64,000 nucleotides of DNA from a bacterium. Lineage in GTDB: Bacteria > UBA8248. Under the pieces are notes generated by a model that saw only the letters and a program-made list of their open reading frames with translations, had not been told where the DNA came from and ran no database searches. Within the stretch, counting starts at the first letter, position 1; each line of letters begins with the position of its first letter. Of the stretch, positions 35,575 to 46,195 are shown one piece after another. A program made the position numbers and the translations under genes. The stretch lies in assembly GCA_965204535.1 (NCBI GenBank), contig CBDBEV010000001.1, positions 2,048,001-2,112,000 on the forward strand, in the 5' to 3' direction.

Positions 35575-35769
35575 TTCATCCTCGCATCTGGTTTCGCAAC
35601 ATGAATAAAAATCCAAAGCGCGGGGATAATGGAGGAATTAGAAAGCGATGACAAGAGAAGAAAGGTTTCGGTTTTAATTGTGGGATGCTGGAAATTCATA
35701 AATGGGATACTATGACCCGATGGTTTCCTGATTTTCCTGTTCACACTTCAACTGGAGGGGGAACTCGCC

Positions 35770-36978
35770 TTGAAATTCTCTTTTTTCATGATGCCGATTC
35801 ACCATCCTTCTGAAAACCCATCGCTCGCCTATCAGCGCGATATATCACTTATCGAATATGCCGATGAGCTGGATTTTGATGAATTCTATATCGGTGAGCA
35901 CCATTCCGGCGGTTGGGAGACGATGCCGGCACCGGAGATGGCTCTCGCCATGGCTGCGGCCAAGGCGAAGAGAATTCGATTGGGCACTTCCGTGGTCAGT
36001 GTCCCTTTTCATCATCCGTTCCACTTGGCGGAGCGCATGGCGTTTCTGGACCAACTCACCAGGGGACGCGTCATTTTTGGAGTGGGCCCGAGCAATCTGG
36101 TAAGCGACATCAAGCTGTTTGATATCCCATCCGGCGATCTGCGTCCGATGCTGAACGAATCGGTGGATATCATGGTCAAACTCCTGGAATCGCCTGAGCC
36201 TTTCGATTATGAGGGCAGGTTCTGGAAGTTGAGAAATGTGTGTCTCCAGGTGCGCTCCTACCAAAAGCCCAGAATGCCGCTCGCCATCGCATCGGCGGGA
36301 AGCCGGGGAGCAATCGATATGGCTGCGCGATACGAGATGATTTTGCTCTCTTTCGGCGGCAAGAAAATCATGGATAACCTCTCACTCTCCGAGCAATGGC
36401 CCCATATGGAGGAATGCGCCAGAAAATACGGCACGCAAGTGTCGCGTGAAAACTGGAGAATCACCACGTACGTGCATCTTGCCGAAAGCCGTGAAAAAGC
36501 GTGGGCCGATATCGAAAAGTATGCTCTCCGCGACATGAATTATTTTATGGATATCGGCTTGAAGCCTGCGTATGAGGCGTATCCCGATCAGCCGCGCGCC
36601 GAAATCACACCAAAAGTGGCTGCGGAGCAAAGATACTGGATAGTAGGTACCCCGGACGACGCGATAGAGGTAATAGAGAAAATACAGGAGGAATCGGGTG
36701 GATTCGGCGGCCTCATGCTCACGACGCACGAATGGGTGGGTGATCAGAAAATAAGAGACTCGCTCGAGATGTTTGCGCGATACGTGATGCCGCATTTCAG
36801 GGGGCATGCTGAGGATTTTCAAAACGAGTGGCGAAGACTGCAAAAGGATGTGGCGGAAGGCGAGATGCCTTCCCCTGGAGGAGCGCCTTCCTGGGAAACG
36901 CCCGGGTTGGAAGGGCACAGGAGTAATTTGTTCACCTACCCACCAGAGAGCGGGAATTTTCCCAAAGAGGACGGATGA
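35770..36978 (+). CDS. LLM class flavin-dependent oxidoreductase (LimB-like)
   Basis: FMMPIH, IGEHHS, IRLGTSV, PFHHP. Confidence 0.9.
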   Translation: MKFSFFMMPIHHPSENPSLAYQRDISLIEYADELDFDEFYIGEHHSGGWETMPAPEMALAMAAAKAKRIRLGTSVVSVPFHHPFHLAERMAFLDQLTRGRVIFGVGPSNLVSDIKLFDIPSGDLRPMLNESVDIMVKLLESPEPFDYEGRFWKLRNVCLQVRSYQKPRMPLAIASAGSRGAIDMAARYEMILLSFGGKKIMDNLSLSEQWPHMEECARKYGTQVSRENWRITTYVHLAESREKAWADIEKYALRDMNYFMDIGLKPAYEAYPDQPRAEITPKVAAEQRYWIVGTPDDAIEVIEKIQEESGGFGGLMLTTHEWVGDQKIRDSLEMFARYVMPHFRGHAEDFQNEWRRLQKDVAEGEMPSPGGAPSWETPGLEGHRSNLFTYPPESGNFPKEDG

Positions 36979-37080
36979 TAGAAACGAACAAGGGGAGAAC
37001 CTGCCCTGAACATAGCTGGACGGACGGCGTGTTCTCCCTGTTGAATTGGAAAAATTTAGAAATACGATGTCAGACTGGAG

Positions 37081-38007
37081 GTGTTGAATATGGGCGTTAC
37101 GTTTTTCCACAGTGTGGAGGACGCCAACGATCCTTTACTTATCATGGCGTTTTCCGGATGGAACGATGCGGCGGAGTCTGCAACTTCGGCGGCGCGTTAT
37201 CTGGTTCAACACTTCGAGGGGAAACGGGTGGCGCAAATCCAGCCGGACGAATTTTTCCAATTTGCAGATCAGAGGCCTACCGTCAAGCTAAGTGAATCCG
37301 GCGAGCGGCGAATTACCTGGCCGCTGAACGAATTTTTCTATTGTCGAACGCCGGGTCTTGCGCGGGATCTCATTGTCGGAATCGGAACCGAACCCCATTT
37401 GCAATGGAAATACTTTAGCCGCGATGTCCTTGCGATAGGCAGCCGCTACGATGCACGTATGATCGTGACAATGGGAGCGTTGCTCGCGGGAGATTTACAT
37501 ACCCAACCCAGCCGCTTAATGGCCATTGCCACCGATTCGGCATTGGTCGAGCCCTCGGGCGTGGAAATAACGCGCTATGAGGGGCCTACGGGAATTGTGG
37601 GTGTTATCCATACGCTCATGCAGGATAAGGGTTTTCCGGCGGTGAGCTTGTGGGTGAATGTGCCGCATTACATCGCATCTCTATCCAATCCAAAAGCAAC
37701 GTGCGCTCTGTTGGATAAACTAAGCGCCTTGGGTGGTTTCGAAATATCCCTGGAAGATTTCGATGTCGCCATCGATACGTTCGATGGACAGGTTGAGCAA
37801 ATCATCGCCAGAGATCCCCGCATTGCAAAATATGTGGAGGATATTCAGAAGGGGCAGATTCCGGATGAGATTCCAGGCTTCGATTTTGAGGATGCGCCCG
37901 ATGGGGAAACCGAGGAAGAGGAGGAAAAGCTGCCTCCCGGCGCCGAGGTAGCTGATGAGATAGAGCGCTTGCTCCGGAAAAAACCCGATGGGCCGGAGTC
38001 AGATTGA
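37081..38007 (+). CDS. PAC2 (proteasome assembly chaperone-like) family protein
   Basis: AFSGWNDAAESAT, RP, GTEPHLQW, YEGPTGIVG, VPHYI...NPKA. Confidence 0.85.
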   Translation: MLNMGVTFFHSVEDANDPLLIMAFSGWNDAAESATSAARYLVQHFEGKRVAQIQPDEFFQFADQRPTVKLSESGERRITWPLNEFFYCRTPGLARDLIVGIGTEPHLQWKYFSRDVLAIGSRYDARMIVTMGALLAGDLHTQPSRLMAIATDSALVEPSGVEITRYEGPTGIVGVIHTLMQDKGFPAVSLWVNVPHYIASLSNPKATCALLDKLSALGGFEISLEDFDVAIDTFDGQVEQIIARDPRIAKYVEDIQKGQIPDEIPGFDFEDAPDGETEEEEEKLPPGAEVADEIERLLRKKPDGPESD

Positions 38008-38092
38008 GCGATTGGCAACCGTTTCTTTGCAATCTTGCAAATCAATTCAATCATATCGAAAAGCAGGAGTCTTTTGTGAGCGGAGGTTTGTA

Positions 38093-40423
38093 ATGTCGGA
38101 ACGTTTTTATCAAGAGATGTTCGGCGGACCTGATGATGACGGGGATCTCATCGGCGCCGACATGCCCCGGGTAGATGGTCCTCCCAAGGCGGATGGTTCG
38201 CCCGTATTCGCTGCGGACCACAAACTGGTCAATCCGCTGTATGTTGTTCCCGTGACGGCGCCCATCGCTTGTGGAACGCTGGAGCGGGTCGATACGACCG
38301 AGGCGGAAAATGCGCCGGGCGTTGCCTGTGTCCTGACCGCAAAGGACATTCCTGGCCAGAAACTCTACGGCATGTTGATGCCCGATCAGCCGGCTTTGGT
38401 GGAAAAGCGCATCTATTCACTTCAGGATGTGGTGGCCATTGTGGCGGCGGACACGTTGGAGCAGGCGGAGTTTGCGGCCGGGTTGGTGAAAACCAAGGCC
38501 AAAGCGCTTCCTGCTGTTTTTGAAACACAAGACGCCTTGAAAGATGATGCCCCTGTTGTTCAGCCGGACCATCCGGTGGCCAAAGGCAATGTGCTCACTC
38601 ACTTGAAAATTCGAAAAGGAGATGTGGAAGAGGGTTTCGCCGAGGCGGACGTGATTCTGGAGAATACGTACGAAACGCAGTTCATCGATCACGCCTATCT
38701 CGAACCCGATGCGGGTTATGTGGTTCCCAACCCCGATGGCTCCATCACTTGCACGGGGCCCACCCAATGTCCGCATATGGTGAGGCGCGTTATCGCTCCG
38801 GTGCTGGGTTTGGGACAAAACGAGATTCAATTCATCTCAACGCCACCGGGTGGCGGTTTCGGTGGAAAAGAAGAAACCTCCATCGAAATTGCCATGCGGG
38901 CGGGCTTGGTCGCGCTCAAGACACAGCGTCCCGCTATTTACAACTACACGAGGGAAGAGTCCCTAGGCGGGAAGGCGAAACGAGTACCTGCGGTGATCCA
39001 ACATAAAATCGGCGCCAGGAAAAATGGCAAAATCACCGCCATGCGCATCCATATTTATCTCAACAAAGGTCCGTATGCCGCGGTAGGACCCGGTATCATC
39101 AAAAAACTGATTATCCATTCCTCTGGTGCGTATGAATGCGATAACGTCTGGGCCGACGGCTATCTTGTGCTTACGAACAACATCAATACCTGCGCCATGC
39201 GCGGATTGGGCGTTCCCCAGGTTCATTTCGCGATTGAGAGCCAGATGGATGAATTGGCGCTTTCGCTTGGAATGGACCCCTTCGAACTGAGGCGATTGAA
39301 CGGCTACAAACTCGGTTCTTCGACTGCAACCCGCCAGGTGTTGGACCAGAGTGTGGGGTACATGGATTGTCTCGATAAAGCGGAAAAAGCGCTTGGGCCA
39401 CACCCGAGAGAAAACGCAAACGGCGATGGCTTGTTGCATGGCCGCGGTATGGCGGGGTTTTGGTATTCCACGGGCGCCGCATCGCCCTCGGATTCCTGCG
39501 GCGCGCAGATTCATGTCACCGATGATGGAAAAGTGCAGGTGGGTGTTGGAATCATCGAACTCGGTCAGGGTTCGCACACGGTGCTCGCCCAAATAGCGGC
39601 GGAAGCCATGGGCGTGCGTTTTGAGGACGTGCGCATCATGCAGGTGGATACCGATGCCGTTCCCGAGAGTGGTTTTACGGCAGGTTCGCGCTCTACCACG
39701 ATTCCCGGCAACGCGATATGTGAAGCCATTGCGGAAGTTCGGGGAATTCTGTCACCCGTGGCGGCGGAGATGCTCGAAGGTCCGACCGAAGATGTAGCTT
39801 TCAAGAATGGGCGAGTGTTCATCAAAAGCGCGCCCGAGCGTTCAATCTCGTTTGGCGAGGTGGTCTCGCAGGCGCTTTTGATTGGCGAGCAGATTACAGG
39901 TCAGGGTTGGTTCAGTACCGGTCCCTTGACGTTCAACCCTGAAACCGGAGAAGGCAAGCCGTTCATGGTGTACAGCTATGGGGTACAGGTGGCGGACGTC
40001 GCGGTCGACCCGAATACGGGAGAAGTTTGGGTGAGGCGCATGGTTGCCGCCCATGATGTGGGTCGGGCCATCAACCCGCAAGGGGTAATCGGACAGATAC
40101 AAGGGGGTATCGAGATGGGGCTTGGTCAGGCCTTGATCGAGGAAATTGACGTACATGATGGCCGCGTGCTTACGCCGGACCTGGCGCGATACGAGATTCC
40201 CGTCTCTATGGATACACCCGAGTTCACAACCATTATCGTGGAAGCGGCCAATGAGACAGGGCCCTATGGCGCGAAAGGTGTAGGGGAGAGTTCTTTGGTG
40301 CCTACGTTGGCCGCGATTTCCAATGCCATACGCGACGCGGTCGGCCATCGGTTCACCAAGCTGCCCATCACGCCGGAAAGCGTCGCCATGGCCATTCACA
40401 AAGAAGGCGTCGTAGCAAAGTAG
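38093..40423 (+). CDS. Xanthine dehydrogenase family molybdopterin-binding (large) subunit
   Basis: HAYLEP, GGGFGGKEE, AMRGLGVPQ, ELGQG, GSRS, AKGVGE. Confidence 0.93.
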   Translation: MSERFYQEMFGGPDDDGDLIGADMPRVDGPPKADGSPVFAADHKLVNPLYVVPVTAPIACGTLERVDTTEAENAPGVACVLTAKDIPGQKLYGMLMPDQPALVEKRIYSLQDVVAIVAADTLEQAEFAAGLVKTKAKALPAVFETQDALKDDAPVVQPDHPVAKGNVLTHLKIRKGDVEEGFAEADVILENTYETQFIDHAYLEPDAGYVVPNPDGSITCTGPTQCPHMVRRVIAPVLGLGQNEIQFISTPPGGGFGGKEETSIEIAMRAGLVALKTQRPAIYNYTREESLGGKAKRVPAVIQHKIGARKNGKITAMRIHIYLNKGPYAAVGPGIIKKLIIHSSGAYECDNVWADGYLVLTNNINTCAMRGLGVPQVHFAIESQMDELALSLGMDPFELRRLNGYKLGSSTATRQVLDQSVGYMDCLDKAEKALGPHPRENANGDGLLHGRGMAGFWYSTGAASPSDSCGAQIHVTDDGKVQVGVGIIELGQGSHTVLAQIAAEAMGVRFEDVRIMQVDTDAVPESGFTAGSRSTTIPGNAICEAIAEVRGILSPVAAEMLEGPTEDVAFKNGRVFIKSAPERSISFGEVVSQALLIGEQITGQGWFSTGPLTFNPETGEGKPFMVYSYGVQVADVAVDPNTGEVWVRRMVAAHDVGRAINPQGVIGQIQGGIEMGLGQALIEEIDVHDGRVLTPDLARYEIPVSMDTPEFTTIIVEAANETGPYGAKGVGESSLVPTLAAISNAIRDAVGHRFTKLPITPESVAMAIHKEGVVAK

Positions 40424-40441
40424 TCACATAGATAATTGAAC

Positions 40442-40475
40442 AAGCCGGGCGGGACTGTAATGCCCGGTTTTGTTT
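40442..40475 (+). terminator. Putative intrinsic terminator
   Basis: aagccgggc...gcccggttt hairpin plus T-rich tail after the XDH stop. Confidence 0.5.
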
Positions 40476-40528
40476 TGCTCTCAAGGCGAACGGGAACATG
40501 GTTTCCGGCCACTAGAGAGGTGCGTGCA

Positions 40529-41596
40529 ATGCGGGCGTTTGTGATGGCGGCCGGTTATGGGAAAAGATTGGGAGCGTTGGGAGAGGAGATTCCCAAACCG
40601 CTTTTACCCTTGGGTGGCGTGCCGCTTATCGGTTTTGCGCTGGAGAAATTGGCGGCTATCGGTGTGAAAGAAGCCGCAGTCAATTTGCACCATGGCGCGG
40701 AGAAAATTCGCTCTGCTCTGGGCGATTATGCGCATGGGGTCCATATTCACTATTTTCATGAGCCTGAGATTTTGGGCACTGCCGGCGGAATCAAGAATGC
40801 GGAGGCGTTTTTGTGCGAGAAAAACGAGCCTTTTTTCGTCATCAACGCGGATGCGCCGTGTGGTGTAGATTTGAAAATGGCATTGGACCATCATCAGAAA
40901 GGAGATTTCCTCACCACCCTTATTCTCAGGCGTTCGTCCGATGCTCAAGAGTATGGGGTGCTCGAGTTTGATGCGACGGGGCGTTTGAGAAGTTTTTTAG
41001 ATACGCGCGCGCCGGGGATTCCACAAGGCGAACTGAACCAGGCGATGTTCACCGGTCTGAGCATCATGTCTCCTGAAATGTTGAGTCATATCCCCGCGGG
41101 AGTGGCGTCGGATATTTCAACGCAAATTTATCCCCGGTTGATGAAAAAAGACGCGCGGATCGGAGCGGTTTTGAGTGATTCCTATTGGATGGATGTCGGC
41201 ACTCCGTCGCGGTATTTACAGGTGCACTCGGACGTCATGTCTGGTGAATTCGTGCCGGATTTCAGTTGGCCCCCGTCGGAGTTTTTGTTGATAGAAGGCC
41301 CCGTCATGAAATGGGGAGAGGGCAGCATTGAGCCTCCCGTTTTGATGGGCCCCGATGTTGTCATCCAAAAAAATGCGAAAGTGAGCCCCTTCACTGCAAT
41401 CATGGCGGGTGCTACTCTTGGAAATAATGCCGTGGCACGGGAATCCATCGTTTTTCCGGGCGGGATGATCGATGAGAATTCCATTTTGGAAAGATGCATC
41501 GTAGGGCCGGGTGCGTTGGCCTCGTTTTGTGGCGGGGAAGTGAGAGAAATGGTTATTCTCCGTGGTAGAGACCGGTCGAAAATCTGCGACTCATAG
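40529..41596 (+). CDS. NDP-sugar pyrophosphorylase/nucleotidyltransferase
   Basis: MAAGYGKRL..PKPLLP, EILGTAGGI, WMDVGTP, C-terminal left-handed beta-helix-like region. Confidence 0.88.
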   Translation: MRAFVMAAGYGKRLGALGEEIPKPLLPLGGVPLIGFALEKLAAIGVKEAAVNLHHGAEKIRSALGDYAHGVHIHYFHEPEILGTAGGIKNAEAFLCEKNEPFFVINADAPCGVDLKMALDHHQKGDFLTTLILRRSSDAQEYGVLEFDATGRLRSFLDTRAPGIPQGELNQAMFTGLSIMSPEMLSHIPAGVASDISTQIYPRLMKKDARIGAVLSDSYWMDVGTPSRYLQVHSDVMSGEFVPDFSWPPSEFLLIEGPVMKWGEGSIEPPVLMGPDVVIQKNAKVSPFTAIMAGATLGNNAVARESIVFPGGMIDENSILERCIVGPGALASFCGGEVREMVILRGRDRSKICDS

Positions 41597-41628
41597 TTCG
41601 ATAAATTTTGCATATCCTGAGGGAGTAG

Positions 41629-43239
41629 ATGTTGAAAGAGCCGACCACAAGAACATCTTTGACTGCAGGACGTTCTCCCGTATTCGCCACGGGGGGCTTG
41701 GTGGCGACCAGCCAGCCCCTGGCCGCCGAAGCGGGTCTCCAGATATTGAAAGAAGGCGGAAACGCCATGGACGCGGCAATCGCTGCAGCCGCGGCATTGA
41801 ATGTGGTGGAGCCGCAATCCACGGGAGTCGGCGGGGACATGTTCATGCTCTATTGGGATGCCGATGCCAAGGAACTCTTGGGCTTGAACGGCAGCGGAAA
41901 GAGTCCGGCCAAGGCCACGTTCTCACGCTACCGGGAATTTTCCTCCATCCCGGAGACGGGAATTTATTCTTGCACCCTCCCGGGCGCGGTGGATGGCTGG
42001 TTCGCCGCCCACGAGCGATGCGGCAGCGGCAAAAAAACGATGTCGGAGCTTCTACAACCGGCGATTCAGTATGCGGAAGACGGGTTTCCTCTCTCTCCCA
42101 TCATCGGTCGTGCGTGGGCGAATCAGACCGAAAAATTGAAGAAATGCGAATATTCGCGTCGATTCTACCTGCCGGCAGGACGTTCGCCGAAGATCGGAGA
42201 AAGATTCCGGAACCCGAAGCTGGGAGAATCCTTGCGAGTGATTGCCGATGGCGGGCGTGAGGCTTTTTACGAAGGCCCGATAGCCGAGGAGATCGTTCGC
42301 TATACGAAGGAAATCGGGGGTTTGTTCGAGCTCGAGGATTTCGCCGCCACGAAATGCGAATGGGTTGAGCCGATTCGCGCAAACTATCGTGGCTATGAGC
42401 TTTGTGAGATACCCCCCTCGGGGCAGGGCGTCACGGCGCTGATATGCCTGAATCTCATCGACGCATACCCTTTTGGGGAGATGAGCTATGGTTCGGCCGA
42501 ACATCTCCACATCGTGGTCGAGGCGATGAAACTCGCCTTTGCGGACAGAGATCGTTACGTCGCGGATATGGATAAAGCGGATGTGCCCCTGAAAGGACTC
42601 CTTTCTGCGGAATATGCCGATGAGCGGCGAAAGCTCATCGATGAAGCGAAAGCAGGCAGCCCCGGAGCCGGGATTCCCAGCACATGGAACGATACGATTT
42701 ACCTGACCGTGGCGGATTCCCGGGGCAATATGTGCTCATTCATCAACAGCTTGTTCCATCATTTCGGATCCGGCATCACCGGGGGCGAGACGGGCATCAT
42801 GCTCCAGAACAGGGGCAGCGGTTTTGTGCTGGAAGAAGGTCATCCGAACTGCATCGCGCCCGGGAAGCGGCCCCTGCACACCATCATTCCCGGTTTCGTG
42901 ATGAAAGACGGAGAGCCCTGGGTGAGTTTCGGCGTCATGGGAGGCGACATGCAGCCGCAGGGCCACGTGCAGGTGCTCTCGAACATGGTGGATTTCGGCA
43001 TGGACATCCAGGAGGCTATCGAAGCGCCCCGTTTTCGCGTATTGGGTGGCCGTGTGGTGGCGATAGAGAGCGGCGTGCCGGAGGCCGTGCTCCGGCAATT
43101 GGAATCGCGTGGCCACGACGTCCGCCGCGCAGGCGGCTATGAGGGTTTCGGCGGCGGGCAGGGAATCGTCCGGCTCGATGACGGCGTATTCATGGGTGGT
43201 TCCGACCACCGGAGAGATGGATGCGCGGCCGGTTTCTAG
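41629..43239 (+). CDS. ggt: Gamma-glutamyltransferase
   Basis: GGNAMDAAIA, catalytic Thr in DTIYL, LQNRG, PGKRPLHTIIP, GVMGGDMQPQG. Confidence 0.94.
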   Translation: MLKEPTTRTSLTAGRSPVFATGGLVATSQPLAAEAGLQILKEGGNAMDAAIAAAAALNVVEPQSTGVGGDMFMLYWDADAKELLGLNGSGKSPAKATFSRYREFSSIPETGIYSCTLPGAVDGWFAAHERCGSGKKTMSELLQPAIQYAEDGFPLSPIIGRAWANQTEKLKKCEYSRRFYLPAGRSPKIGERFRNPKLGESLRVIADGGREAFYEGPIAEEIVRYTKEIGGLFELEDFAATKCEWVEPIRANYRGYELCEIPPSGQGVTALICLNLIDAYPFGEMSYGSAEHLHIVVEAMKLAFADRDRYVADMDKADVPLKGLLSAEYADERRKLIDEAKAGSPGAGIPSTWNDTIYLTVADSRGNMCSFINSLFHHFGSGITGGETGIMLQNRGSGFVLEEGHPNCIAPGKRPLHTIIPGFVMKDGEPWVSFGVMGGDMQPQGHVQVLSNMVDFGMDIQEAIEAPRFRVLGGRVVAIESGVPEAVLRQLESRGHDVRRAGGYEGFGGGQGIVRLDDGVFMGGSDHRRDGCAAGF

Positions 43240-43295
43240 TCGTTTCGTGCAATCAGATTGAAGTGGGGGTTGGCGGCGTCGAGAGGCTTATTGCC

Positions 43296-44144
43296 ATGAA
43301 GCGTTTGCTGGTGCTGATGTTGATTGTAGGTACTTTCCTGGCTATTCAACCTGCGTTCCCTGCGTCCGATTGTCCTCTCAAGGGCCACCCTGTGGGAGAT
43401 GGCCGCTGGAAGCGGCGGCAATCCCTGCCACTGGATACGCGAGACGTTCGAATCCGGTTCGAAAACGGCACGACCGCGCGGATGAAGGCGGTTCGACTGC
43501 GGCATCAAGATTTTGAAATCAGGCTCCACTGGCGCGATAAATCCGATTGGTTCGTACCTGTCGACTTCGGTGCTCTCGCCGAAAAACTGGGCGCCGCCGT
43601 TATTCTCAACGCCGGCTATTATGATGAAAAAGGCCGGCCGATGGGGTATTTCCGCTCGGGCGGCAAGGTGTTCAACAGCCTTGTATTGCATCGGGGGCGC
43701 AAGACGTTTCTGCACTATGGCGCGCTGTTCGCGGTGGAGCGGAACGACGGGAGGCCCAAAATCGTTTCCCGCGAGAATTTCGAGGATTCGGGCGTCAGTG
43801 AAGCGTTTCAGGCGGGGCCTCTTCTGGTGATGGACGGGAAGCCCGTTCAGGGGCTGTCCCGCTACCGGGAATATCTGCGCGCCTCGAGGAGGACGGTCGT
43901 CGGCTTGGACGCCGAGGACAGGCTGGTCGTTCTGGTGAGCGAGGCCGAGACGCGCGGCATCTCCTGGTGTGAGCTTCAGGCGTTTCTCGTTCTGCCCGAA
44001 TCGAAGGGAGGCCTCGGCGTCCGCGACGCCATGAACCTCGACGGCGGCTCGAGTTCGCAGTTGTGGGTGCGGGGCGCAATTGAGATTCCGGGGCGGGCGG
44101 CGCCCACCTACATCATTGCGGTTCCGAAGCCAAAAACCAGATAA
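43296..44144 (+). CDS. Phosphodiester glycosidase (NAGPA/DUF2233) family exported protein
   Basis: Signal peptide, LNAGYY, QAGPLLV, RTVVG, AMNLDGGSSS. Confidence 0.87.
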   Translation: MKRLLVLMLIVGTFLAIQPAFPASDCPLKGHPVGDGRWKRRQSLPLDTRDVRIRFENGTTARMKAVRLRHQDFEIRLHWRDKSDWFVPVDFGALAEKLGAAVILNAGYYDEKGRPMGYFRSGGKVFNSLVLHRGRKTFLHYGALFAVERNDGRPKIVSRENFEDSGVSEAFQAGPLLVMDGKPVQGLSRYREYLRASRRTVVGLDAEDRLVVLVSEAETRGISWCELQAFLVLPESKGGLGVRDAMNLDGGSSSQLWVRGAIEIPGRAAPTYIIAVPKPKTR

Positions 44145-44190
44145 TTCCTTATATATCAAAGCTATAAATTTTCAGAAATTTATCGGAAGA
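44091..44190 (+). repeat. 100-bp direct repeat, copy 1 (3' end of the NAGPA gene plus downstream sequence)
   Basis: Ungapped 88/100 match to 49481-49580 by manual comparison. Confidence 0.9.
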
Positions 44191-44449
44191 CTCGCTAATC
44201 TCCTCAATGATTGGCGGGGGTTGATATCAAATGCACAAAACAGAAGTTGCGCGCCCTCGCGCACCGGCTCGCTCAACTCGTCCCGTAGGGCTGGATTCGG
44301 GAAAGGAATCGTCGTATCTTCTCTCATGGTGGAGCATCTCCTGTGTGCTGAATGACCGAGCTTTGGACAACTTTATTTCAGCAGGATGCGCCGCCTTCTT
44401 CAATTCAGCTCATACACAACTTCTGACAGTAACTCGTCGGGGAGTGCCC

Positions 44450-46195
44450 ATGGATCCAGGCTGCGACCGAATCACCACCGAGGTCATCGCGCACCGCTTC
44501 GCCGCCGCGGCCGACGAGATGATGGCCACCCTCGTCAAGACCGCGTATTCCCCGAACATCAAGGAGCGGCGTGACTGCTCGGTCGCGATCTTCGACGCTG
44601 CGGGCAACCTCCTCGCCCTGACCGCCATCGCCCCCATTCACCTGAGCTCGCTCCTCGGCCTCGTGGAGAACATCACCCGGCGTTACCCCCTCGACCGCTT
44701 TCGCCCCGGCGACGGCTTCCTGACGAACGATCCGTACGTGGGAGGCGGCTCGCACCTGCCGGACCTGACGCTCGCAAGCCCCGTCTTCTTCGATGGCCGG
44801 CCGGTCGCGTTCGTCGCCAACATCGCCCACCACTCCGACGTCGGCGGCAAGGTGGCGGGCAGCGAGAGCGCCGATTGCACGAGCATCTTCCAGGAAGGGC
44901 TGCGAATCCCTCCCGTCAAGCTGCTGGACGAGGGGGAGCTGTGCACCGACATGCTCGCGTTCGTGCTCCTCAACACGCGCACCCCGCGCGAGCGCGAGGG
45001 CGATCTGCGGGCCCAGATCGCCACCAACGCCATCGGGGTCCGCCGGGTGCAGGAGTGCTTTGCTCGCTTCGGAGCCGATAGCGTGCACCGGGGCGCGAGA
45101 GCGCTCCTCGACTACGCCGAGTCGCGCACGCGCGCCGAGATCGCGAGGCTGCCGGACGGAACCTACGAGAACGAAGAAGTGGTCGACAACGACGGCGTGG
45201 CCGACGGGGTCGTTCGCCTCCGCGTCAAGATCACCATTCGCGTCGATCGCATTCACTTCGACTTCACGGGCACCGACGGGCAGGTCGCAGGGGCCCGGAA
45301 CATGCCGCTCGCGGCCACCCTGTCCGGCGTCTACTACGCGGTCAAGGCGGTGACGGACCCGGCGCTGCCGCCCAACTCCGGGTACTTCCGCGCCATCGGC
45401 GTCACCGCGCCGGAAGGCACGGTCGTCAACTGCCGCCCGCCCGCCGCCGTCGGGGATCGGAGCGCGACCGGCAACGTGCTCGGCGACCTGCTGCTGGGCG
45501 CGATCGCCGACGCGGCGCCGGACCGGGTGATGGCCGGCTGCGGTCCGCTCCACGGGCTTATCTTCAGCGGCGTCGACCCGCGCCGGAACGAGTACTTCGT
45601 CGACTACGAGACCTACGCGGGAGCGTCCGGCGCGCTTTCCGCGCTCGACGGAAAAGACGCGGTCCGGGTCCACGTTTCGGGCGCGGCCAACCTGCCCATC
45701 GAATCCGTGGAGCAGGAGTTCCCGCTGACCGTCGGCCGCTACGAGCTGATCGCCGACTCGGGAGGCCCCGGACGGCATCGCGGCGGCCTCGCGACGCGCC
45801 GCGACGTCACCATCTGGGCGGAGCGGGCGAGGCTCGCGGGCCGCGGACTGCGCCAATCCCGAGGCGCGTCCGGGCTGTTTGGCGGAAGTTCGGGGTGTCC
45901 CGGCGTCTTCGTTCTGGACCCGGGCGGAAACCGCGAGACGAAGCTTCCGGGCTCGTTCTCGGAACTCGTGGTGGACGCGGGAACGACGGTCCGGGTCGAC
46001 ACCCCGTCCGGCGCCGGCTTCGGCGACCCGTGGGAACGCGATCCGGAGAGGGTGCGCGACGACGTGGACGCCGGCAAGGTGACCGCACCCGCGGCGGAGC
46101 AGAGCTACGGCGTCGCGCTCGTCCGCGGAAGCGTCGACGCCTCCCGGACCGCGGCCTTGCGGGAGGCCCGCCAAGGTTCGAACCGTGGCGCCTGA
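44450..46195 (+). CDS. Hydantoinase B/oxoprolinase family protein
   Basis: TAYSPNIKERRDCS, NDPYVGGGSHLPD, HHSDVGG, QEGLRIPP, DSGGPGRHRGG. Confidence 0.93.
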   Translation: MDPGCDRITTEVIAHRFAAAADEMMATLVKTAYSPNIKERRDCSVAIFDAAGNLLALTAIAPIHLSSLLGLVENITRRYPLDRFRPGDGFLTNDPYVGGGSHLPDLTLASPVFFDGRPVAFVANIAHHSDVGGKVAGSESADCTSIFQEGLRIPPVKLLDEGELCTDMLAFVLLNTRTPREREGDLRAQIATNAIGVRRVQECFARFGADSVHRGARALLDYAESRTRAEIARLPDGTYENEEVVDNDGVADGVVRLRVKITIRVDRIHFDFTGTDGQVAGARNMPLAATLSGVYYAVKAVTDPALPPNSGYFRAIGVTAPEGTVVNCRPPAAVGDRSATGNVLGDLLLGAIADAAPDRVMAGCGPLHGLIFSGVDPRRNEYFVDYETYAGASGALSALDGKDAVRVHVSGAANLPIESVEQEFPLTVGRYELIADSGGPGRHRGGLATRRDVTIWAERARLAGRGLRQSRGASGLFGGSSGCPGVFVLDPGGNRETKLPGSFSELVVDAGTTVRVDTPSGAGFGDPWERDPERVRDDVDAGKVTAPAAEQSYGVALVRGSVDASRTAALREARQGSNRGA

